Assembly (NCBI GenBank): GCA_027317865.1
Contig: DAHVQG010000008.1
Location: 91,451-155,450 of the forward strand
DNA: 64,000 bases
Source: Bdellovibrionales bacterium
GTDB taxonomy: Bacteria; Bdellovibrionota; Bdellovibrionia; Bdellovibrionales; UBA1609
Direction: 5' to 3'
The notes under the pieces are model-generated. The model worked only from the letters and a program-made list of their open reading frames with translations, was not told the DNA's origin and ran no database searches. Within the stretch, counting starts at the first letter, position 1. Every line of letters begins with the position of its first letter. The position numbers and the translations under genes were made by a program. Below are positions 55,991-64,000 of this stretch, piece after piece.

Positions 55991-56001
55991 CAGCGCTAAC
56001 C

Positions 56002-56862
56002 ATGAATTTGCTTTTTCTTTTTTTGGTCACTGCTTTTGCATTCGGAAGATCGCCAACCGCGCATCCAGCAAATGTTAATCACAAAGATAAACCATTGGCC
56101 GTTGTTGAAGCCCGGCGAGAAATGATCGATGGCCATCGGATGAAGGCAATTAAAATCTTAACGGCGGCAATTCTAAAAGAAAAAAGCGTCGCGATGATCA
56201 AAGAGTTGCAAACGGAGCGGGATCATCTTGCACAAATTTTTCTAACCAATGAGGGGCAAAAAAAATACGAATTGGCAGAGTCTTCGCGTAATTCCGGCGG
56301 GTCCGGATTTTTAACTTTTTACCGCCAAGCTATGCAGCTTGAGCCCGGTAATACGCGCGTTATGGCTGGTTATGTTTTAGGTCTTTTGACAGCGAAAGAT
56401 TGTGGAGAGGCGCTAACTATAATCTCCCAGATCCGAAACATTGATCCCTCAATGGCGGAGCTTAGATATTTAAAATTCAGAGCTGAGCTGTGCTCCAATC
56501 CGTCGGCCCTGACGGCAAAAGATGACACGAGGCTAGCGCAGAGTTCGCTTTCGCCGTTATATATAAATATAGCGCGGGCCCAAGAAGAATATTTGCGCGG
56601 CAATATGAAATCCGCGCTGCGATTTGCCCGCGAGGCCATGAAAATCGACAGCAAATTTCCACAGAGTTATTATTGGGCATTTAAAGTGCTCTCAAAAGAC
56701 GGGCGCGGAGTTGACGAAGCTCAGCGATTTCTTTACCTATGCCGAGGGGTTAATGCCGAAGTAAGACGACACTACACATACGAACCTCGGCTATGTACGC
56801 AGACGGACGAGGTAGAACAGGCATTGAAAACCGAAGAGGCAAAAAAGAATGAAACGGATTAG
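56002..56862 (+). CDS. Exported TPR-like hypothetical protein
   Basis: Signal peptide; TPR-like helices (AMQLEPGN, AMKIDSKFPQSYYW). Confidence 0.7.
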   Translation: MNLLFLFLVTAFAFGRSPTAHPANVNHKDKPLAVVEARREMIDGHRMKAIKILTAAILKEKSVAMIKELQTERDHLAQIFLTNEGQKKYELAESSRNSGGSGFLTFYRQAMQLEPGNTRVMAGYVLGLLTAKDCGEALTIISQIRNIDPSMAELRYLKFRAELCSNPSALTAKDDTRLAQSSLSPLYINIARAQEEYLRGNMKSALRFAREAMKIDSKFPQSYYWAFKVLSKDGRGVDEAQRFLYLCRGVNAEVRRHYTYEPRLCTQTDEVEQALKTEEAKKNETD

Positions 56863-57085
56863 GATTTCAAGAAAAGTTTTATTTAGTCTTTTGCCACTCG
56901 CGGTCCTCTTACTTTGCCGGTGCGGCGTGAAGAGTGACCCACTACCACCGCTTAATCCGCCATTTATAGGGGTGGGCCACCCCACTGAGTTGCGGCATTT
57001 TAAAAGCAAAAACAAGAAGGCGATTAGTAAGTCATCCAAAAGACGGACCAAAGCGGCAAATCAAGATCAAAGCAGCGGCGAGTAA
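56849..57085 (+). CDS. Small lipoprotein, LptM/YifL/LppL-like
   Basis: Hydrophobic stretch then CGVKSDPLPP (family pattern CGxKGPLxxP); adjacent to dap genes. Confidence 0.6.
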   Translation: MKRIRISRKVLFSLLPLAVLLLCRCGVKSDPLPPLNPPFIGVGHPTELRHFKSKNKKAISKSSKRRTKAANQDQSSGE

Positions 57086-57086
57086 C

Positions 57087-57989
57087 ATGAAAGATCAAAA
57101 AGCGAGTAAATTTGATTTTAAAGGCGTTATTACTGCGCTGATAACGCCGTTTAAAAATGGCAAAGTTGATTATCGCTCCCTACAGAGGCTTGTCGAGCAT
57201 CAAATAAAAAATGGCATTCAGGGTTTTGTCATAAACGGCACAACCGCTGAGAGCCCAACACTTTCTGAACTCGAAGTTCAAAAAATATTTCGCTTTATTA
57301 AAAAAATCACAGGTGAAAGAATCCCGCTTATTTTAGGCGCGGGGACGAACAGCACGGCTTCAACGATAGTAAAAACAAAAAAGGCCGCGGCATTAAGAGC
57401 GGACGCAGCGCTGATTGTAACTCCCTATTATAATAAGCCCCCACAGCGAGGGCTTGTTGCGCATTTCGAGACTGTCGCGCGCGCGGCGGCCAAAACAAAA
57501 ATTATTTTGTATAATGTTCCGGGCAGAACGGCGGTCAATATGACGGCCGAGACCATGATTGAATTGTCGAGGGTTAAAAATATTGTGGGGGTTAAAGAGG
57601 CGTCGGGACAGGTGGGCGTTGTGCCGGCCTTGCGAGCCCAAGCAAATAAAAATTTTATTATAACAAGCGGCGATGATTTAACCTGTATTGATTTTATGCT
57701 GGCCGGCGGCGATGGAGTGATCTCAGTTCTTTCGCATGTAATTCCAGCGGAACTGACAAGGTTGGCAAGTCAAGCCCTTAAGGGCGATGAGTCAGCCCAT
57801 TTGGAGTTTGAAAGATATAAAGAGCTAACGCAGCTTCTTTTTATTGAATCAAATCCCATTCCCGTAAAAATGGCGCTTTATTTGATGGGGATTATTGACT
57901 CTCCAGAGTTGCGGCTGCCGCTTATTGCGCTGAGTTCCCATCACAAAATTAAATTGAAAAACGAGCTGAAGCGCCTGAACGTACTATGA
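57087..57989 (+). CDS. dapA: 4-hydroxy-tetrahydrodipicolinate synthase
   Basis: GTTAES, TPYYNKP, YNVPGRT, GVKEASG, SNPIPVK. Confidence 0.97.
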   Translation: MKDQKASKFDFKGVITALITPFKNGKVDYRSLQRLVEHQIKNGIQGFVINGTTAESPTLSELEVQKIFRFIKKITGERIPLILGAGTNSTASTIVKTKKAAALRADAALIVTPYYNKPPQRGLVAHFETVARAAAKTKIILYNVPGRTAVNMTAETMIELSRVKNIVGVKEASGQVGVVPALRAQANKNFIITSGDDLTCIDFMLAGGDGVISVLSHVIPAELTRLASQALKGDESAHLEFERYKELTQLLFIESNPIPVKMALYLMGIIDSPELRLPLIALSSHHKIKLKNELKRLNVL

Positions 57990-57998
57990 GAAGGTAAA

Positions 57999-58682
57999 AT
58001 GAAAAAAGGCGTAAACATTGTGGTTTTGGGCTCGGCGGGCAGAATGGGCGCCGAAGTGCTGGCCGCAGTCAAAAATCATAAACATGCGCATGTTCTGGCG
58101 ACAGTTTCGAAACCGGGGGCGCTGGAGCGTATTAAATTGTCAGCCCATGATCGACCGGTGGTCATGATTGATTTTTCATCACCCTCCGGATTTGTCGAGG
58201 GCCTTCGGTTTTGTCGGAAAAATGAAATTGGTTTTGTAAGTGGCACAACGGGGCTTTCGGCGGCAAATATGCGGGCGCTTCGAGCTGCCAGCAAAAAAAT
58301 CGCGGTTTTTTGGTCACCCAACATGAGTTTTGGCATTAATCTCATCGCCGAATTGCTAAAGCATCAGGCTTTTGGCAATTACGATTTGCAGGTCGAAGAA
58401 TTCCATCATCGCAATAAAAAAGATGCGCCTAGCGGAACGGCGCGTATGTTACAAAACATACTTTGCGCCGCCACAAAAAAAAACATTCCAAAACCCTTGT
58501 CAGGGCGTGGTGGCGGCATATTTGGTATTCATAAAATTTGGGCAATGGGAGACGAAGAGGTTTTGACGATCGAACACACGGCTTTAAACCGCCGGGTTTT
58601 TGCAAGCGGAGCGGTTCGCGCGGCAATATGGATATCAGACAAAAGTCATGGTCTTTATGATTTTGGAGATCTTCTCAAGTGA
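57999..58682 (+). CDS. dapB: 4-hydroxy-tetrahydrodipicolinate reductase
   Basis: GSAGRMG, IDFSSP, GTTG, EFHHRNKKDAPSGTA. Confidence 0.95.
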   Translation: MKKGVNIVVLGSAGRMGAEVLAAVKNHKHAHVLATVSKPGALERIKLSAHDRPVVMIDFSSPSGFVEGLRFCRKNEIGFVSGTTGLSAANMRALRAASKKIAVFWSPNMSFGINLIAELLKHQAFGNYDLQVEEFHHRNKKDAPSGTARMLQNILCAATKKNIPKPLSGRGGGIFGIHKIWAMGDEEVLTIEHTALNRRVFASGAVRAAIWISDKSHGLYDFGDLLK

Positions 58683-59224
58683 ACTCCGGGCAAACGGCAC
58701 TCGTTTCAATTAAGACTTTTTCGGACCAAAACCTTTCCGCAATGAAGTCGGTGGTGCGTGAACTCAAAAACACTTCGATCATCAAAAAGATTTCGTCCGT
58801 CTACAAAGTCAGCCGGCCGGCCGAAAGTCTAGTTGCTTTACGCGACATTAGAAAAGAAGAGCATTTGGAGTGTTATGCGGCTGTTGCTGAAATTGAGTCA
58901 CAATTGGCGGCAACTGAATTGCTCCAGCGCCTAAAGCATATAGAAAAGCTTCATCAAAAAGAGTACTTGCGCCGCTCAATAAGCCTTAATTTATTATTAT
59001 ATGCGGAGGATGTCGTAATGTCGCCTGAGCTTTCATTGCCACACCCGGAAATGCATTTGCGCCCCGAAGAGATCGTGCTTGCTACGGAAATAGCAGGTTC
59101 GTTACATCATCCCGTACTAAAGGAAAATTTAGCAAGGCTTGCGCAAAAATTTGCAAAAGAGTCGTGGGGTGAGTTTTTTGCTCAAGGTAAAAGCTTATTT
59201 GAATCAGAAAGGGAGAGCATATGA
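58679..59224 (+). CDS. FolK/HPPK-like protein, degenerate active site
   Basis: [26 protein letters not shown] are HPPK-like, but the DLD motif reads SLN. Confidence 0.7.
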   Translation: MNSGQTALVSIKTFSDQNLSAMKSVVRELKNTSIIKKISSVYKVSRPAESLVALRDIRKEEHLECYAAVAEIESQLAATELLQRLKHIEKLHQKEYLRRSISLNLLLYAEDVVMSPELSLPHPEMHLRPEEIVLATEIAGSLHHPVLKENLARLAQKFAKESWGEFFAQGKSLFESERESI

Positions 59225-59865
59225 AGTTTTATATAGACACTGCAGATATCGGTGAAATTCGCGAGGCCAATCGGCGAGGTTGGGTGGATGGCGTAACAAC
59301 AAACCCTAGTCTTGTTGCAAAAACCGGAAAACCTCATCACGAAGTGATTAAAGAAATTTGTCGCGAAGTGAGCGGGTTGGTGTCAGCCGAAGTTTTGAGT
59401 ACCGAATCCGAAGCGATGTTTCAAGAGGGCCTTGAGTTAGCAAAGCTTGCGGATAATGTCGTCGTAAAAATCCCGATGATTGAGGAAGGGCTTATTACGG
59501 TTAAAAAACTTACGGCGGAGCATATCAAAACAAATGTCACACTCGTATTTTCCCCCATACAGGCGCTGATGGCGGCAAAGGCTGGCGCAACAATAGTTTC
59601 CCCGTTTGTTGGGCGGATTGATGATACGGGAGCAAACGGCATGAGTTTGGTTAGTCAAATTATTCAAATTTACGACAATTACGATTTGACTACTCAAGTT
59701 TTAGTGGCAAGCGTGCGGCACCCGATCCATGTGCTTGAGTCCGCGTTACTCGGCGCGCACATTGCAACAATGCCCTATTCGGTAATGAAGGGGCTTACGC
59801 GGCATCCGCTTACCGACAAAGGTCTAGCGCAATTCTTGAAGGATGCGCAAAAAATGTCACAATAA
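59221..59865 (+). CDS. tal: Transaldolase/fructose-6-phosphate aldolase (MipB/TalC type)
   Basis: [40 protein letters not shown]. Confidence 0.93.
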   Translation: MKFYIDTADIGEIREANRRGWVDGVTTNPSLVAKTGKPHHEVIKEICREVSGLVSAEVLSTESEAMFQEGLELAKLADNVVVKIPMIEEGLITVKKLTAEHIKTNVTLVFSPIQALMAAKAGATIVSPFVGRIDDTGANGMSLVSQIIQIYDNYDLTTQVLVASVRHPIHVLESALLGAHIATMPYSVMKGLTRHPLTDKGLAQFLKDAQKMSQ

Positions 59866-59891
59866 CACAGCACTAAGCTTTTAGGGGTCTA

Positions 59892-60350
59892 ATGCAGCGG
59901 CGAGTTTTTTTAATCAGTTTGATCATGCTTATCGTTGCGCCCCTATTTTTTGTCGGGTGCGCAAGTAATCAAATTCAAATGGAAAATCTAAACGCGCCAC
60001 TTGTGGATCTACAAGTGGCGACTCACCAGAATATGCCGGCCGGCACGATGAAGATTAGCCCTAATGGGCGCGAATTTTTCTCAAACTATTTTATTGTAAC
60101 GGCAAATGGCGATTTTGCGAAAGCCAAATATCCCCCTAAGCGCTATCAAACACGAGTTGTTATCTTAGGCGAACGCCGGCCCTACGACGTCATTGTCAAG
60201 GTGGCCGTTCAGCTGCGGAATTCAAACGGCAACTATGAAACGGATCATTTTAATAAAGGAATGGCCCGCGTGATTAGTCGACGTATTCAAATAACACTCC
60301 ACAAACGTCTTGAACATCGCAACTTTATTGACGATTTTCGTGCCTTCTAA
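59892..60350 (+). CDS. Hypothetical lipoprotein
   Basis: Signal peptide with lipobox FVGC; C-terminal NFIDDFRAF. Confidence 0.75.
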   Translation: MQRRVFLISLIMLIVAPLFFVGCASNQIQMENLNAPLVDLQVATHQNMPAGTMKISPNGREFFSNYFIVTANGDFAKAKYPPKRYQTRVVILGERRPYDVIVKVAVQLRNSNGNYETDHFNKGMARVISRRIQITLHKRLEHRNFIDDFRAF

Positions 60351-60371
60351 ATAGACTATTCATGAGTAGCC

Positions 60372-62384
60372 ATGGATGTGCGCTTAGTTAGTCTTTCATC
60401 TTTGATGTTTGTAACGGCCTGGATGACACCACGTCATTCAAGTACCGTAGACTTTCGTAGTACATTTCGACCGCTCAAAATTTCGCTCAATAAAGCGTCG
60501 CCGGCGTATGCTGCGATTGAGGCCGTCCGAATTGATCGACCGAAGGCGCGTTTTGTTGTTCAGCGTGATTCATTAAATTCGCCACCGATTCAATACGTCA
60601 CGCTTACAACAAATAGACCACAAAATAAATTTTTTCGATTTCGACCTCTCGTCATTTCAAGTCAAACGCCAAATAATGAAATGTCTTCGCCAAATGCGAC
60701 AGAAATTGTGTCATCACCAGTGGTAAGGCCGGGGCCGGCAAACATGCCGCTACTTGAATACGCGCGCTATCTGGTTCAAAAGGAACTGGATCGGCGTCGC
60801 GCATTACAGAGCGGGTTTCAAACAATACGAACTCGATTTGGCAGCTCCATATATGTCGCAGATGCGCAGAAAATTAATCCCTCACAGGTGCTTTCGTCGG
60901 CGACTCTACCGTCGTCAAAAAGATATCGGATTTCAGGTTCTGTTACGATGACCGATGGTGCAGGTCTTGTTGAGGGTAAACAACAATTTTTAATTTACCA
61001 CCAAGTTAATGGCGCCGAAGCTGAACGTGGTTCGATCAATATGACGACCGGACGATTTCGACTGAATGTCGAAAGCCTAAGCGGCGAAGTTGTAGCCGAA
61101 GTGAGAGCAGACAATGGCGACCTCATTGCCCGAGGGGCGGTTCGTCTCGGACCGTTTAAAGAAAATGCATTTAATAGGCCCCTTGTTCGGAATGTGAACA
61201 TTTATGTAGCACCTGATAATCCTGCTACGGTCGCGGACGTAGTTGCAGCCGATCCTTTAGATGGGCATAAATTCTCAGTATCTAATGCAAAGCTCGTAAT
61301 CGGCGATCTTAATCGAGTGATTCCTTACAATCACATCACGCACGCGTATACGGACTCTTTACTTATTCAACCATCGAATTATATGGTATCGGCTTACCAT
61401 CCCGACGACTGGCCGTCGATCGCGCTTGCCCAAAGCGGCGAGAAATTTCAGGTGCGGTTATTTTCAAACGACTTTCTGGAGAGTTTTTTAAACGTAACCC
61501 TCCCAAAACTTGAAGCATCAGGCGCACAAAGACTCGGCGTTATTTGGGGTAAAGTGACGATGCAGGGTCAGCCGGTTGAAGGGGCAAGCGTCAATATTGT
61601 AGGGGATTCTGCTCATACGCCGGTCTATTTTTCAGGTCTTATTCCCGATCGTGCGCGATCCACGACGTCTTCAAGCGGAGAGTTTGCATTTTCGTCTTTA
61701 AATCCAGTCGTATCGGCGATCCAAGTGTCGCTCGGATCCAAAGCGTTTTGGCCCGTTTTGCTGCCAGTTGCCGGTCACGCGGTCACGTATGCGAATTTAC
61801 AAATCGAACCTCCGCACGCCGTAAATTTTCGGGCCTTTGATGCGTTTTCAAAAGTCGCAATTGGTGCGGTTGTCTCACCATTGGGCAGCAACAAAGAATT
61901 TTACGTTCCCGAACAGGGTACGCGGCATACATCCGTGCAAACAGTTCGAGGAATGACCTTGCTTGAGGCAAAAAGCGACGCAAACTATGCTACGGTTCGT
62001 TGCGAACTTCGCCCCCATCAAGCGGACGTTTCATTTCCGTTTATACAAAATACTTGGTTAAACGGCATGTACGCAAAATCGCGATTGCCGCATACCCAAG
62101 GGCCAGGCGTTGCGGTCGTCTTTTTTGTAAAAGGCGACGACTACGATGTCACAATCGGAGCTGGCGCTCCCCATCCAAATCAAAAAGTTGTCTATTTTAA
62201 TTCTCGAGGGCAGTATTCAAAATATCCCGTAACCAATGGTGGCTTTGTCATATTTGGATTGTCTCCGGGATTTGCCACGATTACTCTCGACTCTGTGCGC
62301 GCGGGCCGTGTAGTGACAAAATTAGTTTATGCGGATAACTATGCCGTGGCCGTATCTCATGTTAATTTGGGATATTCTTATTAA
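60372..62384 (+). CDS. Large exported beta-rich hypothetical protein with carboxypeptidase-regulatory-like (prealbumin-like) segments
   Basis: IWGKVTMQGQPVEGASV...TTSSSGEFAFSSL and GGFVIFGLSPG patterns. Confidence 0.65.
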   Translation: MDVRLVSLSSLMFVTAWMTPRHSSTVDFRSTFRPLKISLNKASPAYAAIEAVRIDRPKARFVVQRDSLNSPPIQYVTLTTNRPQNKFFRFRPLVISSQTPNNEMSSPNATEIVSSPVVRPGPANMPLLEYARYLVQKELDRRRALQSGFQTIRTRFGSSIYVADAQKINPSQVLSSATLPSSKRYRISGSVTMTDGAGLVEGKQQFLIYHQVNGAEAERGSINMTTGRFRLNVESLSGEVVAEVRADNGDLIARGAVRLGPFKENAFNRPLVRNVNIYVAPDNPATVADVVAADPLDGHKFSVSNAKLVIGDLNRVIPYNHITHAYTDSLLIQPSNYMVSAYHPDDWPSIALAQSGEKFQVRLFSNDFLESFLNVTLPKLEASGAQRLGVIWGKVTMQGQPVEGASVNIVGDSAHTPVYFSGLIPDRARSTTSSSGEFAFSSLNPVVSAIQVSLGSKAFWPVLLPVAGHAVTYANLQIEPPHAVNFRAFDAFSKVAIGAVVSPLGSNKEFYVPEQGTRHTSVQTVRGMTLLEAKSDANYATVRCELRPHQADVSFPFIQNTWLNGMYAKSRLPHTQGPGVAVVFFVKGDDYDVTIGAGAPHPNQKVVYFNSRGQYSKYPVTNGGFVIFGLSPGFATITLDSVRAGRVVTKLVYADNYAVAVSHVNLGYSY

Positions 62385-62410
62385 AAGTTGGAGCAGTTAA
62401 AAGGCGCCAG

Positions 62411-63760
62411 CTATCCGGCGGGGGTACGCATCGTCACGCGCAGTTGCGCATCTCGAAATACGCTACCCCAATCTAATAGTTTTTTCTCTAACGGGTCACT
62501 GTTTTGTTGGCTTGGCAAGATCAGATCGTAGCCCTTGGGGATAATTGAATTGTACCGAACGGCCCACTTTAGATCAAAATCGTAGGTCAATAGTTCTTTT
62601 TTCGATATGCCCAAACGTTTCATTAATGTTTTTGGGCGCGAGATCTCTTGTAGAGCGACAACTTTAAAATTTTCAGGAGGCACTGCCGTCGGGACATTTT
62701 TAAATATTTCTTTGTGATATTCTTCTGCATGTAAGGCAGCCAGAAACGATGCGTAAAAGTTCTCACTTGCGAACTTGAATGCGCCTCCGTGATAGCGGGC
62801 GATCAGGACAGCTAAGTTTCTTGAATGAACCTTCTTAATTGCTTGAAGCAACCCGTGCCAACCAAAATTGTAGGCCGTGATGGCAAGCGGCCATGAGCGA
62901 AACTTGTGATAATTTTGCTTTAAGAGCTTGATTGCCACGAGAGAAGATTTAAATGGCGAATTGCGTTCGTCAATTCTATCATTTACGATCAAAAACTCGC
63001 GGCCCATTCCCGGCATAATTTGCCAAATACCGCTTGCGCCGACTTTGCTTTCGGCATGGATGTTAAAACTGCTTTCAACAAAAGGTAACCGAGTGAGTTC
63101 AACTGGCAAACCATTTGCGGCAAATTCCTTTTCCATAAAGGGCAAGTATCGATCACAAACCTTTAAGCCAGAGGAAAAGAAATCCTTTTGGCCAAGCTGA
63201 ATGCGCATATTTTCCGCCGCCTGGCGATAAACAAATTGGCGCGGACCGCGAACGTGCGATAAATCGAATACTAAAAGTCGCTCAAGATGGGTTAGGTGCG
63301 CATAGTTTCTAATTTTCGATAGATGAAATAAGGCGCGGCGAACCTGGTAAAAATTTGCCCAAACGACACGCTTTTCTTTTGCATATTTTGCCCATTTATT
63401 GAGGTGTCCTTTGAATATGTAGGACGTATGAACGACTCTAAATATAATCCAAGGATACATCGCATCGTGGATCACAAAATCGTGCGAACCATAGCGAGTG
63501 TAGATATCGAACCAAAATCGAGTGCGTAAACGAAGCGAAGGTGGGATGCGAAACAATTTTGAAATACGGTGGTCTGGGTCAGAAAGGGCCAGGTACCGGT
63601 TAAAATGAGTCGGCGATTTAGCCTGAGCGGCGGGAATAGGTATAGGTTTTGGTATTAATACGAGCGGAGCATTATCGGCCGTCACCACGCTTGCGGGCAG
63701 GGCTATGACGACAACGAGGCTCATTTTGAGCCAAAAGTTTTTTACACTTATCGCATCCAT
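62411..63760 (-). CDS. Lytic murein transglycosylase (MltD-like SLT domain)
   Basis: LPFVESSF (catalytic Glu), GASGIWQIMP, DER, LAITAYNFG, NFYASFLAA; degenerate LysM-like C-terminus. Confidence 0.9.
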   Translation of the reverse strand: MDAISVKNFWLKMSLVVVIALPASVVTADNAPLVLIPKPIPIPAAQAKSPTHFNRYLALSDPDHRISKLFRIPPSLRLRTRFWFDIYTRYGSHDFVIHDAMYPWIIFRVVHTSYIFKGHLNKWAKYAKEKRVVWANFYQVRRALFHLSKIRNYAHLTHLERLLVFDLSHVRGPRQFVYRQAAENMRIQLGQKDFFSSGLKVCDRYLPFMEKEFAANGLPVELTRLPFVESSFNIHAESKVGASGIWQIMPGMGREFLIVNDRIDERNSPFKSSLVAIKLLKQNYHKFRSWPLAITAYNFGWHGLLQAIKKVHSRNLAVLIARYHGGAFKFASENFYASFLAALHAEEYHKEIFKNVPTAVPPENFKVVALQEISRPKTLMKRLGISKKELLTYDFDLKWAVRYNSIIPKGYDLILPSQQNSDPLEKKLLDWGSVFRDAQLRVTMRTPAG

Positions 63761-63775
63761 ACAAGATATTAATTG

Positions 63776-63791
63776 AGCAAATTAGGTGCCA
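63776..63791 (-). promoter_or_regulatory. Sigma54 (-24/-12) promoter upstream of the lytic transglycosylase
   Basis: TGGCAC-CTAAT-TTGCT on the minus strand matches TGGCAC-N5-TTGCW. Confidence 0.7.
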
Positions 63792-64000
63792 GCCTTTTTG
63801 GGGCCGGGGTCTCACCAAAGAGGCGTCTTTTCAAATAGATAAGGACAGAGTACAAATATGAGACTGTCGAAAAGTTAAACAACTGATGGATAATTTTCAC
63901 CAAAGGCGACGATGGACGCGCTCTGTAATTATCCAGCGACTTTGACCGGGATTAATTTTCCAGGGAAATTGACCGCTTAAGTGCGTCATTTTGATACGAT

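Noticed and set aside
63792..64000. Possible small gene (for example a bacterial histone like that of B. bacteriovorus) or ncRNA at the window end
   Set aside because: No convincing ORF or RNA structure seen; treated as regulatory DNA.

Overview
This is the chromosomal replication-origin region of a bacterium. Gene order and protein sequences point to Bdellovibrionota (Bdellovibrio-like); that assignment is an inference. Left of the origin, mostly on the minus strand: nuoA-H-J-(K), a head-on mfd, a putative outer-membrane protein, atpF'-F-H-A-G-D-C, bactofilin, parB-parA, a lipoprotein bracketed by two parS sites, rsmG-mnmG-mnmE-jag-yidC-yidD-rnpA-rpmH. In the centre is dnaA, then oriC (DnaA-box array, DnaA-trios, AT-rich element), then dnaN-recF-gyrB-gyrA-TPR-atpZ-atpI-atpB-atpE. 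To the right are a receiver-like hypothetical, PMM/PGM, pdxA, three parvulin PPIases, DUF374, etfBA divergent from sdhCAB, an alpha/beta hydrolase, an FHA protein, rpsF-DUF2232-rplI, an inverted queE-fis-dnaB block, ftsK, TPR-lptM-like-dapA-dapB-degenerate folK-tal, two exported hypotheticals and a lytic transglycosylase with a sigma54-type promoter. I found no mobile elements, CRISPR arrays or rRNA/tRNA genes. The window is mainly core genome and I cannot support a clearly new multi-gene system. The best leads are: a parS-bracketed antisense lipoprotein; an 82-aa ORF with an upstream DnaA box and a C-terminal clamp-binding-like motif; a FolK homolog lacking its catalytic aspartates; a CsrA-type hairpin over the RBS of a small ORF behind dnaB; and a basic exported proteome that suggests acid adaptation.
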